In this document: one piece after another, positions 13,308 to 26,712 of the stretch
How the letters are laid out: the number at the start of each line of letters is the position of its first letter
Numbering within the stretch: position 1 is the stretch's first letter
Assembly (NCBI GenBank): GCA_028023455.1
Contig: JAQFVV010000006.1
Span: 7,812,001-7,876,000, forward strand
Reading direction: 5' to 3'
Source of the DNA: Epiperipatus broadwayi
Lineage: Eukaryota; Animalia; Onychophora
DNA: 64,000 nucleotides
Position numbers and translations under genes: made by a program
Notes under the pieces: generated by a model
The model's database searches: none
Told to the model about the DNA's origin: nothing
The model's input: only the letters and a program-made list of their open reading frames with translations

Positions 13308-14799
13308 GTGTTTATACTTACATTGTATTATTATTGTTTTTTATTTAATAAAAAATTTGACTTTTAATTCATGTATTGTGTGTATTTACAATTTATAACT
13401 GATTCTACACTCTTTTAAACCTATTTATAAACTTAACAACATATCTCTCACACACAAGCTACCACGCACGCATACAAAGAATGTGCTATTTTAATTAACA
13501 AACTAATATGTCTCATACTTGAAAGTAAATGTTTACTTTGTTGCGTTGCAATCATAAAACTGTTTTCAGTAGTCCACAAATCTATCCAACCACTTATTAT
13601 TAGTAAATGTATGTAATTAATTATTGCTTTTTTTGCAGAAAAATGAAGAAAATCAAGTCTTGCGTTGTTAGCATGGAAAAAAAAATAAAAATCAAACTTT
13701 AAACTCTTACCTACTGACAGTCGATTAGTTTAGGTGATTATTGTTTTTGTTTAACATTTCGTCCTAGATAAATCTTTGACAACGTGAATCTCACGCAGAT
13801 TAATTATTTAAATCGTTATATTTACTTCAAACACAACCATATACACGATTTCGGCCAGAATTAATTATTTTTGCATATTTTTGTATAGATCAGTACTTTT
13901 CAAACTTTTTAATATGAGGGCCCCCTGAAAAACAATATATTTTCATTCCCAATTGACTAACAATGTATTTAAAACGCAATATATATATATAGTATGTTTG
14001 TTATAAAAATGTAGGTAATAAAAAATATTACATTTGAGCAAGATCATAATATATGATTAGTAAGTACATTTATAACAAAGTAGCTACATTTTACTATACG
14101 AAGAAAAAAAACGTGAAACAGAACTTGCTATAACTATATTCAATAATAACTTTTATTCATTTTTAATAATAATAATAATGTTTAGTGAGATGGATGTGAT
14201 TGGATATTATTACAGAGGCTGACAATATCTGACCAATATTTACAATTGCAACTCTTAAGGTTTTTTTTCTAATGTTTCTTCCGATAGAGATGACCTATGT
14301 TTATTCTTAATTAGCAAAAGCAATGAAAAAACAGTTTCGCATAAATAAGTTGAAGCAGAAAGAATCAGAATATTTATCACTGTCTTAGAATTGGAAAGAT
14401 ACAGTTCTTATCTGTGAATGCAAAATTCTGATATATTAGGAATACAGTGTCATATCTGTTTTTATTTTTATTAATTGTTTCTTAGATGACCAATTTTACA
14501 AAAACAGTAATACTATTTTTAAAAAAATGTGTACTGAAATCCTCGGGAAGCTGTAAACTAGCCATAGAATTAGTTTGCATAGAGTTCGCTGACCACTTCA
14601 GCATTATTTAATAAGCTATTTAGCAAATCAGATTTGCCAGTAAATCAGGATACATAGTTTAGTTCCACTACCTAAGAATCATCTCAAATACCCCATTTTT
14701 AACCATTCAACCAAGAAATCGCTATCTAAAAATTATAGCAAAAACACATAATTCTTATCATGTACTAAACAAATTTATTTTCCCACATCCAACAAAAAA

Positions 14800-14945
14800 C
14801 ATCACATGATCACCATCTCATGCTAGCACATTACTGTTAGTAAACAGACAAAAACTCTCCATATAGTAGTGCCACCTTGTGCTAACCAGAGTAATCAATG
14901 GATGCCAGAAGGTTTGTGCATAAAATCCCTATCTAATGCAACAGA
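14800..14945. repeat. Family B2 partial copy (no ribozyme part)
   Basis: ctctccatatagtagtgccacc...gtgcataaaatccctatct, shared with 44254 and 49900. Confidence 0.75.
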
Positions 14946-15199
14946 GATCTCATCCACACATTCAGAAAAATCCACAATCCTCGCATTCTCCTACTTTATA
15001 AATGAAACTTAATATCATTGCCCTATGTAGATGAGGAGGGATGCAAATCACAACTATAAAGTTAGTGATTAAAATCTATGGCTACAATGGCCGAATTGAA
15101 GGATTTAATTAAGCTTCTAGTGAATCTATCTGCTGGTTGAAATGTCTGCAGATTTCTTTACCATATTTTAAAGTGTCTAAGGTTTTGACAACTTTTGTT

Positions 15200-15362
15200 T
15201 AAAGGTGGATTGTAATAATAATAATAAAAATAAATGAATGACTTTATTGCTTGGGAGTTCGTAAAAAGTTTTGGTGCTGAAAGTACCTGTAATGGAATCA
15301 ATCTGGGTACTTTGTGCTCCAGAGACTGACCCTTTACCACTGCACTATACCATGCAAGGCTT
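15200..15362 (-). mobile_element. Second tRNA-derived SINE family
   Basis: Minus strand tgcatggtatagtgcagtggt...ctctggagc...gattgattcc with a (TAT)n-like tail; related copy at 57640-57745. Confidence 0.55.
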
Positions 15363-15419
15363 AAATAAGTGAAAGGATTTATTGTTCGGTAATTTATAAA
15401 AAGTTTGACCACCGGAAGT

Positions 15420-15995
15420 GCCAGTATCGGAATCAATTGGAGGTTACACATTGTACGTGAATAGTAGTGATAATAGCAAGGAAAGTAGTTTATTGTTTAA
15501 GACTAGAACAGGATCTTTAGCAACAAGGGAATACATACATAAATGGAAAAATAGGGATGATTTAGTCTGCAAGTTATGTAAGGAAGACATGGAAAATTTA
15601 TTAGGCATCTGTTAATTGAATGTAAATGCATATAAGCAGAAAGGGTACAAATATTGAAGTTGTGGGAGAATAAATATAGACATGGGGCATAAATGATAAA
15701 GTTGTGGAAGAATAAATATAAACAAAGTGATTATACAGAAAGTGGGTTCTTGGTTCTTATGCTGGGGTTGGGAAAAGATAAGGGGGGGGGGGTTAGATAT
15801 AAAGGCCATGGAGTTGACAAAGATTACGTTGTGGAAATGGGATGGAGCAGGATAAAGAACAATGTGGGGAAAACCTAGGGCGGGGGGGGGATGGAAAGGG
15901 AAGGTAAAGTGGCTAACAAATTTCCCTGCGCGTAATGGTTGAGCGATTCCTGACTCCGAGTAAGGAGAAGTCACAGCGCATCGCATCACATCGCA
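15420..15995 (+). mobile_element. 5'-truncated RTE-X-like LINE with a small internal duplication
   Basis: CKLCKEDMENL, the same 3' UTR as the 11330 and 4353 copies, and tail gcatcgcatcacatcgca. Confidence 0.85.
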
Positions 15996-16621
15996 ATGAT
16001 TCAAATAATAAATATAGAATAATTACGCACTGTAATCTTATTATTTTAATATAAAACCTCACACATCAGTCGGCCAACTTAAATAATTAAATTTTTTTAT
16101 AATCAGTAAGTTAATTTAATATGAAGAGAAAACGCATTTAACTTCATAATCACTTGAAAGTATTGCATTCAATTAAGCATTTTAGCCATAACTCTTCCAC
16201 TCAGTCAGAGCAGAGAGAAAAAAATCAATTGCAAGGAGTGAAGTTTTGTTTACAATTACACATTAAACATTTAATATAACTTACTTTCTTTGCCTCACAT
16301 TTTTCAAATACTTTTCTTAAAATAAAAATGAATCAGCATGGAATAAGAAAAGAAATAGAAGAAGAAAACTATTTAAAAAAAAAAAGAAAAAAAAATCAAA
16401 TTAAACTTTAAATTCCACTCCAATCAAATAATCAAAAACGTGAAATACTTGAAATAAAAAATAAATAACTTTAAAATTAAAAGAAATGAAAGTATAAAGA
16501 TATTAAAATGAGCAGAGAATTTAAATTACTTCTAAGTACAGGAATGTAAATATAACATTTGTGACGGGAAAAAAACAAGACAATGAAGTAATCGCTAAAG
16601 AAAGTTGTGGGTATTAATAAT

Positions 16622-17170
16622 TTTTATTAGTCATTCATTAGAGAGTATCCACTTAATGAATCAGACATCTTTTTCACATGATTACGAGCATATGTTTAAG
16701 ATTACACCCTTCCACAAGGTGGTTAAAAGCGGATAGAAACTAGTCCTTACTTTGCGTGAGATGGTGTAGTGAAAATTACGCTACAGAAATCTTATTCCTC
16801 AAGCAAATAATCTCTATTCTAATAAAAGACTAATAAAAATTATTAATATACTTCCATCAAGCGGTTTGTATCAAAATTGTGTGGGCAGTAAGTTTGGCAC
16901 CAATTAAACTGTAGTAATTTCCTATTTGTATATACTGAACCATGATAAAGATATGTGTAAGAGAATATGAACTAGGCCAACTAATGAATGTTGGTTCCAC
17001 ATGAAATGTGCATCTAGAGAATCATGCATCTTTTTCACATGTCTTTGGTTCTCTGTTTATGATTGCACCCCTCCATGAGATGTTAAAAGCAGATAGAAGC
17101 CAATCTCTACCTTGCTTGAGTGTGGAGTAATGAAAACTACACTACAGAAATATTATTCATTATGTGGGTA
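16622..17170 (+). mobile_element. HHR repeat family A2, ~1.5 tandem units (period ~361) with an inverted stub
   Basis: Homologous to 1857-2630; decayed core ctaatga...gaaatgtgcatc at 16981-17014. Confidence 0.8.
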
Positions 17171-17379
17171 TTATTTTGGGTTTTGCAGATACTTCTGAAG
17201 GAATTATTATTGGGCTATGAAATGTCCACATGTACAGTTAAGATTTCATGACATACTGGTTAATATATTCATTTGCCATGGCCTATAATCAAAGGTTCAA
17301 GATCTGAGCTCCGAAATTGGTAAGATAAAAAAATTGTTTTCAGTTTCCACATCTTAGCCATCATTTGATTGTTGATCAG

Positions 17380-18030
17380 AGTATCTAGAAATGTTACAGA
17401 AGTTTTCAGATGAAAGTAGGAAAATAGGGCAAAGGATAGATACTAAAATGATTAATAAGAAAATAAAGATTAATAATCATGACTTAGAATGTAATAACTA
17501 CAGATAACTTAGTTAGATAATTAATACAGATGGAAAGACAATGGATGAAACTCAATTAAACTTGGACAAAGTGATTTTGGTAGAAATAATATTAAAAAAA
17601 CCCATGTATGTTTAAAAAAGTCTTTTTAACATATATGTTTTAACAGTCCTTACTTATGGATCTAGAATTTGGACACTTAAGAGAAAAAAAATAGAGACTT
17701 CATATTACTCAACAACATATGGAAAGATGTATGTTGGAGCATCAAGATAAGATTGAAAGCAAAATACATGAACAATTAACAATAACATTATTAAATAAAT
17801 GAAAAAACTAAAATGGAAGGGGTTTGACATATTACAGAAAAGATGTCAATAGATGTCAACTCAATATTTAAACTGGGTCCAAAAAGATTTTAAAAGATCT
17901 AGAAAAACACACATAAAAGATATATAGATTGCAAAAGGACGCTTACTGGTGTGATGTTAAAAAAAAGAATTCTCAGATAAAGAATAAAAAAGGAATGAAA
18001 AATGGAAAAATGTCATCAATAAGCAAGTGA
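17380..18030 (+). mobile_element. Decayed RTE LINE 3' half
   Basis: Remnants of VLTYGS..WTL, KW.W..HI and NW.PK motifs. Confidence 0.6.
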
Positions 18031-19984
18031 CATACCTTTAAACTTGTAGGAAAATCATTTGCACAGTTGTTTAAAAACTGTTTATTTTCATTACATTCAA
18101 ACACACAAATTTCACATGCTTACCATACCACTCTAATCAAAATACTTCTCTAATTTTATATTTGTCTATAATATATTTATGATTGTAGAAAAATAATACT
18201 TATTTACAAATTGTATCTTTTAGGTAAGATATCTATCTGTTAGATTGCCTATCAACTCTGGCATTAACAACTGAAATCCACTTTAAACTTTAAATTAGGG
18301 TTATGTGTAAAAACATACTTAATCAATAAATTCCAGATGGTAAAGTTAACTTAACCCCCCAGACTTCGTTTATGAATCATTGGACTTCATTAGTAAAAAG
18401 CACTAGATTATGAATATCTCCACAACAGTTATTTTTACTTCTTTCACACTAGTAAAGCTAATAATCTTCAAATTAACCCAAGTTTAAATAAATATTAAGG
18501 ATTAAACGCTTTACTATTACAATATAATATAAATAAATACTATAAATTAAAATTTTTAAAAGTAAGATAAAATAATAGCCATAAAAAATAAATATAGAGA
18601 GTTATTATACACTAGAGAATATTTCAAATTTAGAAAAACTGTCAATTAGCAAAGACTGTAGTTGAGTGAATAGCTATGAGGTCTGATATTTAATGTGACT
18701 GTTTACTTTAGAGATGGCACTGGTAGTTTTACTGCTTTAAATTATTATTCCATCGTTGATGATATTTTTATAGTTTTATTTTGAAAATAAATAAAACATA
18801 AATGAACAAATATTGATTTATTAATTTAAAAAAAGTCTGAAGAGGTTAGAAATTTCCAATAGTCAAAAAAAAAAAATTCAAAGTGTTTTAGCTTTACCTC
18901 AAGCGTTATAAATCCTGCCTCAATCTGTTTGATGAAATTAGCTCTTTATAAACTAGTAGCCCTGTCTCAAGTGTTTTAATGATATCTTCATTACCATATA
19001 TTATCTATTGTTGAATGTTGATTTTTCCTTTCATTTGTATTTGTAATTCAAATTTACAAACATTTGTTCATCTGCATAATAATATTTCTTTCTTCTTTAC
19101 AACCTAATGCTAAGTACCTTTTGGTGAAGTTTACCATAATCATATTGCAGTGCATATGATAAAGAATTTTTTTTTTCATTGACAGTGTCTAAAATGTAAT
19201 TAGTTGCTAGATTTTTTCGTTGGCATAAAAAAATTTTGATTGACAGAATTATAGAATGCTAACATTTCATATTAAGATGATTCAAAGCTTATAATAATTA
19301 AAAAGAATTTGCTGACTTTAAATTTTCTTTAATGTTCTCCTTTAACTTCACAGTGTCTGCATATATTTTGGTGCTTTAGGCATTAGAATGGTGCTGCAAT
19401 GACTATCTTCTCTATATTGTTTTAAGCCTATCTACAATCTTATAATACTCTTCGCAATGGTTTGCAGCTTTCTTTTTCCACATTACTGCAATTTTAATGT
19501 ATTAATTGAAAAAAATCTGAAAATGTCAGCATTATACGGACATTAGAAATTTAAAAAAAAAACAATCAAGTACTTTCATTATTTATGAGTTCAATTTCAG
19601 CACTGGAAGAATTGGAACTAAACTTTAATCCCTGAATCTTTAGTTACAGAGTTTATCCTTCTACCAGTACATTGGTCCATAGATCACAGTTGAATTAATT
19701 ATAGTACTGAAAGGGAATTAGATAGAACTAGTGACTAAGGCAAAAAAAAAAATGGTGAACTTACTACAGTAGATAATGACTCTGTTTTTTTCGTTAATTT
19801 TCAAACTGTGTATATGACAATATATATATGTTTAAAATGAATATTTTATGAGATTTGCTACTATCCGCAAGTTTTAGTATTTGTAACTAGGATTATGATC
19901 AAATGCAGTGGATAAGAGGGACTAAGATAAGACAATAATAATAAGACATAGTTCATTGTAGCGTATTTGTTTCCCCAATGTTTA

Positions 19985-20125
19985 GCAAACTCTCCAGTTA
20001 GTAGTGCCACCCAGTGAGAGCTGTAGTAATTAATGGCTGCCAGAAGATTTGTGTACAAATTCCCTATCCAGTGCCTACTCATCCACTTTGTGTAAGCATA
20101 AGAAATAGTGACCATGTGATGTTTT
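19985..20125. repeat. Family B2 partial copy
   Basis: aaactctccagttagtagtgccacc...aattccctatccagtgcctactcatcc. Confidence 0.7.
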
Positions 20126-20769
20126 AATGGGTATATATAAATTACTATGACTTCAACTTCTCAATCATTAAATACTATGATTTAAGTATGACGACTTATT
20201 TTCTTACTATTGAATAACTTATGGAATTTATTGCAAATATTAAGTCAAAAATTTTAAATGAAATAAACTCTAAATAATATTAACTGAATTGAAGAGAAGG
20301 AATATTTGTTACGATCTCAATTTAAAAATCAGACTCGAAACAATAGTGATATTCTTAATTAGAAAACAAATCAAGATTGTCTTGCTTTAATAATTATAAA
20401 AAGATGTAATAACTATTAATCAACACATTACTTAGAAATTTAAAATTATTTTTCTTAAAGAGCAATGACTTCTCTTAATTAAAACATTTCCCCCCCCCCA
20501 CTTTAAAAAATCAGTTATGTTTGTTATCAAAATTTATTTACAAATTTATTTATCTTTTTTAAAGATCAATAATATTTATTGATCAACTTATTTTCAAAAA
20601 TGAATTCCTAAGTTTTAAATGATCGATAAAATTTCTTAATTAAAAATTACATAAAATGATATTTAAATAATCTATTAATACTCCAGATGCTACGAGAATA
20701 AATAATAATTTAATTCTTACAAATTAAACATCACAACCGAGTCATTATCACTCGTTTATGTTTATATAT

Positions 20770-21260
20770 TAAACAAGAGACGAGTGCTGGCTCAATACAA
20801 AATGAATCTTGGGGGTCATTTGTCTTTATTTATATGTTCCAAGAATGTGTAAAGAAATTATTAAGGCAATCCATAATAGGTATTATGCATGGAGAAAAAG
20901 AAATAATTTTAATTACTCCGTCTGTGTGTTTAAATTGAAAAACTAATACATTAGTCTTTAACAGTGTTTAAATTTTATATCTGTGCTAGAGATAATCTCT
21001 AGTTTAATAAATGATTAATTATAATCATTACTATACTTATCTCGAATGAATAGTATCAAAGTTGTGGGTGGATCGACACATTTTCATATAACAATTTACT
21101 ATTGATAAATACGATGTGTATGTTAAGAACAGGTGTGTGAGTTGGCGACCCGAGCCAATCGCTAAGGGCTGGTTCAACATGAAATGCATCTTGAAAAACA
21201 TGTCTTTTACAGTGTCTTTATCCACGTGTTTCAAGAATGTGTGGAGGTTATTAAAAACAT
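20770..21260 (+). mobile_element. Old HHR repeat (A3): two very decayed tandem cores about 375 nt apart
   Basis: gagtgctggctcaatacaaaatgaatcttggg (~20783) and gggctggttcaacatgaaatgcatcttg (~21165), with shared downstream ttcaagaatgtgt. Confidence 0.5.
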
Positions 21261-21607
21261 CAATCATAAAAAAAAGTCTATAGTAATGAAAAAAACTTAT
21301 TCACTTTAATTTGCATGTCATCTTATTAATTTCTTTCTTTTAGGGTATCTTTTTAAAAGATCAACTCTACACTAGTATCAAATACTTTTCACAATAATTA
21401 CTGATAACCCAATAACAATGAGAAGTATTAAAAGTACTTTATAAAAGAAATCTCTCTTTGGGGGCATTTATCATGACAATATTCTCATTAGATTTGTAAT
21501 TTATATATTTATTTTATTAAATTTTTAAATTTTAGTCACATTTAAAAATTTTTTTTTTAATGTTAACCACTTTTTTTCTGTCACATTTGCTTAATTTACT
21601 TTGTTGT

Positions 21608-21760
21608 TGATTCAAACTCAGACTTTCACAAGACAAAATCACAGTGCCATCTTATATTGCTGACCCATCTGTAAGATGACACTGAGAGTTGTGGGTCATG
21701 TGAAAGTCTGAGTTTGAATCCCACATATATTACATATATAAATGCAGTTGTTAAGTCAGT
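21608..21760. repeat. Small hairpin built from two inverted A1 tail segments
   Basis: gattcaaactcagactttcaca...tgtgaaagtctgagtttgaatc; matches the A1 tail at 38440-38545. Confidence 0.8.
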
Positions 21761-22599
21761 ACAATGTATTTATTGTTGTTTTTTTAAATATGTACTTTTT
21801 TACCTTTAAGTATAAACAATATCTATTAATAATTCATTACATATTGTAATAGGATTTATGAGTGAATTCCAATCAAAAGATTGGTGATGAACACAATGAG
21901 AGTTTAACAGTTAATGAGTCTATCACTGATATGTCTGCCTGACATCAGTATATTTCCTGCTCATCCTCATTATACATATGAGTGCATACACCTACCAGAC
22001 ATACATCACAACCCTTTACTTAATGCTGTTTTAAAAAACCTCAACTCAATATGCATCTTTCACTTGTTTTGGATTGATACAATTAAGCAAGATACCTTCA
22101 GGTGCCACATTATTACTTCTCTTAGGAATGTGCAAAAACTCATATTCAAATACTTATAAGCATTAGAGATCCTTTTCGGCTCCAAGCAGTAACTTGAGAA
22201 CACCCTAGGCTCAAATGTGACATTGTACAATATAATTAACTAACCTCAATCATTGCAATGCAAGAATAAAAACTAAGATCAGAGGCTAGGTTTAAAACTT
22301 AACAATAGTTTATTTTATGTAGTAACAAAAAAATAAATGTATCAATATTCTCCACATTACATAATTGTCTTTACAAATTTCTAAATAAAATATAATATCA
22401 TCAAGCAGGGATTTGATATCATGATTTATAATATTTCCATTATATTTAATCTTTCAACAATTTAAAGTACACCTGGGTCTCTTTTGGTGATTCATGTTTC
22501 TTCTTAATATCTTTTTATGCGGTTTTCTTTTATGCAATAAAGAAGTTTATGTTTCACTTAAAATTGGGATTTCCCCATTTTATATACACATATTAAATT

Positions 22600-22810
22600 T
22601 TACATACTTTAAATGCCTGTTGGAAAAAGGTTTGGTAATAAATTTAGATACTGTAGAAGATTTAGAAAAAGATAATGAAACAGAAGTGGAACCTGTTCGT
22701 TTCATAGCAAAAATGATTTGAGAAAGTCTTCAACTTTCTAATAATTTGGAAAATCATTTTCTTGTTAATGACACAAATTATGAACTAAATTTCAACGAGA
22801 GCTACATAAT
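22600..22810 (+). pseudogene. Possible Tigger/pogo transposase C-terminal fragment
   Basis: LNACWKKVW followed by an acidic stretch and ESLQLSNNLENHFL. Confidence 0.35.
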
Positions 22811-22847
22811 TGTATGTCTGTATTATATATGTGTATGTTTATATTTT

Positions 22848-23020
22848 TTTTATACACATATATACATAGAGAAACTTTTAGACAGAAAAACATTACAAGT
22901 AAAAATAGTTAAGAACTTTTAATTTCTATTTAAAAAGAATGTATCTTTAAAAGTTTTTAAATATTTTTACTTGTAACTTTTTCCTATCTAAAAGTTTCAC
23001 CATGTATATATGTGTATAAA
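22848..23020. repeat. ~175-bp imperfect palindrome (MITE-like)
   Basis: tatacacatatatacat..gaaacttttaga..ttacaagtaaaaata is mirrored at 22960-23020. Confidence 0.7.
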
Positions 23021-23507
23021 AGAAAATTTAACCGTTAGTCCTTATTAACACACTCATGGAAGTATGCCATATATATAGTTGCACTCATGGAAGTGATTCT
23101 CTAACAGCTAGACATAGCAGTCTGGATATCGCAAGCTTCATAAACAATTAGAAAAATCATAATCTCAAAGTTTAATTATGGATTACATTGTCAACAGAAA
23201 CCATTAACACAGCACGAGACTGAAGTTGGCACTAATTGTATTTCCTCTTGTGACGAATCTGATGTCTTAGCAGTTAACAAATGAACCGCATATTGTCAAA
23301 TAGCAATATTGATTAAAAATATGTATGAAAAAATGTAAAATAAATTACACATAAAAACTTATTGTTTTGAATAAAATTAAATAGTTAATGAAAAAAGTTT
23401 GATTTTTTTTCTTTTGTATCAATTTTTTTCAAATATTTGAAATTTTTTATTAGTCATACTTTATTTCCTTAATTTTTTAATGCAAATTTTAAAATAATTT
23501 TACCTTG

Positions 23508-23615
23508 TTTTTTTTCTTTTCATGGGTCATAGCATCGGCCGGGAAGCGAACCAGATAACTCAGGGCAACTGCTTACAAGGCAGCTGCACTGACCTCTCGA
23601 CCACCAATGCTTGAC
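23508..23615 (-). mobile_element. tRNA-Gly-like short SINE
   Basis: Minus strand gtcaagcattggtggtcgagagg...ggttcgcttcccggccgatgcta with an A tail. Confidence 0.8.
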
Positions 23616-24085
23616 CTTGTTGCTTTGGTTTTATGCAAATTTTTGAAAATTACATAACGTATTCCACATTTTTCAAAGTAAGTTAAGTCTACTTTTATGT
23701 GATTTTTTAATGCAAGTTTTCTGTGGAACCTATCTACCGCATAAAAAGAGACCCAGGTATAAATTAAAAGATATCACTTCTCTGCCCCCCATCCCATTTC
23801 TATGCCTGATCAATGTTTTATCTATCACCATTTCAAAAATAATAAAAATAGTTTTAATAAGAAAATATATAAACTATAGCACTTCAAATGAAATAAATAT
23901 ATATACATATTCCCTTTCAAAGCAAAAATTTTAATTATAACATAAAAATACAATATAATGGTTGTAGTCATAATGAAACAATTATTGTTTTATAGTTTAA
24001 GATTTTATTATTCTGTCACATATGATATATATTAAAATAGTCATCAATTTTCTTTGTTAATGTAAACACTTATGATTTCATCCTA

Positions 24086-24290
24086 TATAATGAGTGTGCT
24101 AATAGTTCTTAACAAGCTTTTCCGAATATCCCCATCACCAGACCGGTTTCTAGCTGTTGCTGTTATCAGTGAGGTGCTAGGATATTCAGATATTAGATCT
24201 TGTTGAGAGCTATTATCAAGCTCATTATATAATATTTGTAATAAATTAAGTCAGGTGATGTATGACTTGATTTCCTTGCAACTGCACTTA
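24086..24290 (-). mobile_element. Family B1 fragment with a decayed HHR
   Basis: Minus strand CCUCA-CUGAUAA-CAGC/AACA/GCUA-GAAA-CCG-GUC; gaccggtttc at 24141-24150. Confidence 0.7.
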
Positions 24291-25097
24291 TGATTACATC
24301 TCAAGATAGTCAGAAATTCTACTTTTCCTAAATTTTTTTATGAGCAATCCTAGGACAGTTCATTTATAGTTATATCATTTGCTGGTTTCTCTTCAGATTC
24401 CCAAGCAATATTTCTGGCTGGTAATAACAGTCTTCTGTACTATTATATTTTTTCTCCTTAGGCTGGCCAGTACTGTCACATTCTTCCTTTTATCACTATC
24501 TAGTTAGAGGTTTGCTATTATCAGTTGGTGCAATTTTGGGATATATCAGATAAATCTTTGGAGATGAAAAACCATATCTATGATGGTTATGGGCATTTAA
24601 GTCAGTTGCTGTTTGTTTGTTCTTATTATACCAAGGCTGAACTTTGTAACTTTTTCTTCTTCTTACAGCACTACTTAATAAGGCAAAGATGAACACATCT
24701 AAGGAGTAAATTAGTCATTGGTTAAAAAAACACAAACACTTAGTTTCTTTTATGCATTGCATTACTATGATTACCCTTACTGTATCAATATCTTCTACAA
24801 TCTCTTGCATTCATTTCACTAGATAAGCATATTCTGATCTAAATGATTTGATTCAAGTTACTATATAACTTCCTTGGCTCTGTTTTTAAAATATGCTTCT
24901 AAAAATATTCTTTTCTTAATCTAGAGCTGTTTACTTCCAAAATTATTTTATTTCTTGAGTAATTAATCTTTTAAGTACATTTTTAATCTATTTACCAGCA
25001 GTTTTGTTTTTAAACATTTAAGACAAGAAAAAAAAATTGTCTTTAAAAATTTGAATTAGTCTTTTAATAACAGATCCTATTTAACATTAATTTAGAT

Positions 25098-25421
25098 TTA
25101 AGGTCAACATGGGTATGACAATAAGACTGATAGCAGCAAGAGATTTAGGCATTCCATCTTCAGATTTTCAAGATTGAAGCTTGTCCATTAAAAATTGAAG
25201 ATTTGCTACCTTAATATAAACTAAGCTTGGATTGTTTATATGTGTGGAAGATGGTGATCTGGAACAAATGATGAGTGCTGATTCAGTACAAAATACATAT
25301 ATTGGAGATCATTGATCTTTTTCACATGTATGTGATCGTATATCAGTTGTATAAAATGGATTGAAGGCTGCAGGTGTTTGAAAGGAGTTCAAATCCCTTA
25401 TAATTACTTTGTTTAGTATAA
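25098..25421 (+). mobile_element. Family A1 copy with a decayed HHR
   Basis: aggtcaacatgggtatgac...atgatgagtgctgattcagtacaaaatacatatattgg (core at 25268). Confidence 0.75.
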
Positions 25422-25810
25422 ACTTAAGAGTGTGCTAATAACTCTAAACAAGCTTTTTTTTTTTTTATTTATGATAAATGCTACTACAAGAGAAGGCATT
25501 CAAATCATTTTTATCTTGGATTGTCCCCATCCCCAGACCGGTTTCGACCTATGGGTCTCTTCAGTGAGGAGTTGGGACATTAGATCTAAAAAACCAACTC
25601 AAGCAAAGCATTTATCTAAAAGATAATTGTTAGAAGAAGATCTGAAACTTTTAGACATCTACATGTCTTTAAAGTCAGCTCTCCAACTGAAAAAATCATA
25701 TGGGCCTGAACTTAATAAAAATGATTTGAATGCCTTCTCTTGTAGTAGCATTTATCATAAATAAAAAAAAAAAAAAGCTTGTTTAGAGTTATTAGCACAC
25801 TCTTAAGTTT
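25420..25810 (-). mobile_element. Family B1 unit bracketed by ~95-bp near-perfect inverted repeats
   Basis: 25420-25515 is the reverse complement of 25715-25810; an intact HHR lies inside. Confidence 0.85.
25522..25579 (-). ncRNA. Intact type I hammerhead ribozyme (family B1)
   Basis: UGUCCC-AAC-UCCUCA-CUGAAGA-GACC/CAUA/GGUC-GAAA-CCG-GUC-UGGGGA-UG-GGGACA: full core, 4-bp stem II, extended stem I, palindromic ACCGGU stem III. Predicted cut between 25536 and 25535. Confidence 0.9.
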
Positions 25811-26397
25811 ACATATTTGTAAGTGCAAGCTATATATATAAGTCATGTGACATCTGACTTGTTATTATTACTATTATTATTTTGTTTAGTATAGAAAATA
25901 TACATGTATTTAAATATTTAATATTTTAATAACCTGATGTTTAACAGTTTTTGGTGACTCCATACAATTAGATATTTACTTTTACACGAAGACAAATCAA
26001 ATAACCGAAAGGTAGGGTATTGACAAATCCAAGCATCACCACCTGAATTAAAATTACCTTTCTCTGCCTCCAACCAACTCTTTTTACTAATGTCCTACTT
26101 TTTATTTGTAGTTACCTTCAAAGGGCTACAATATATTAATAAAAGTAATAACCATTTATCTTTTTTAAAAATACATATATATATATTTTTAAAAAAAATT
26201 CATTAAGTTATGGATAAAAAAACTAGAAAATATCCATTTCTTTCTTTACTTTAAGGCATTTCTTTTTTCAAATTTCCTATTTTAATTTTTGAAATATATA
26301 ATTATAGAAATATTAAATCCAAAAACAGTATAAAATTACATCTGAATATTTATAATCAAATATACCCATTTTTTTTCTTCTTTAAAAATGATTAAAA

Positions 26398-26712
26398 CAG
26401 GGGTGTCCAACCTGTGGCCCAGAACTGCACACCATAAAATCATAAACATTTATATTTGCATGTGTACATTTTCTACATTAGTTTACTCAAAAGTTTTAAA
26501 AGATTGTCAAAACAAACTGCTGCATAATTGGGTTTATTATGTGAGAAAATATTTTCATATCAGTGGTGGCAATATCATGGAAATTACAACAAAGATCTTT
26601 TTTTTTTTTTCTGCTTATAGATTTTTGGTAGTATTTGTGTATTTAAACATGTGGATAAATACAACTCTTCTCCTAATGTGATCCAGAGATACCAAAAGGT
26701 TGGACACACCTG
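26398..26712. mobile_element. hAT-type MITE (315 bp)
   Basis: TIRs CAGGGGTGTCCAACC / GGTTGGACACACCTG; 8-bp TSD gattaaaa / gtttaaaa (7 of 8 match). Confidence 0.85.

Noticed and set aside
13893-13940. hAT MITE left end (cagtacttttcaaac)
   Set aside because: No convincing right TIR or TSD found.
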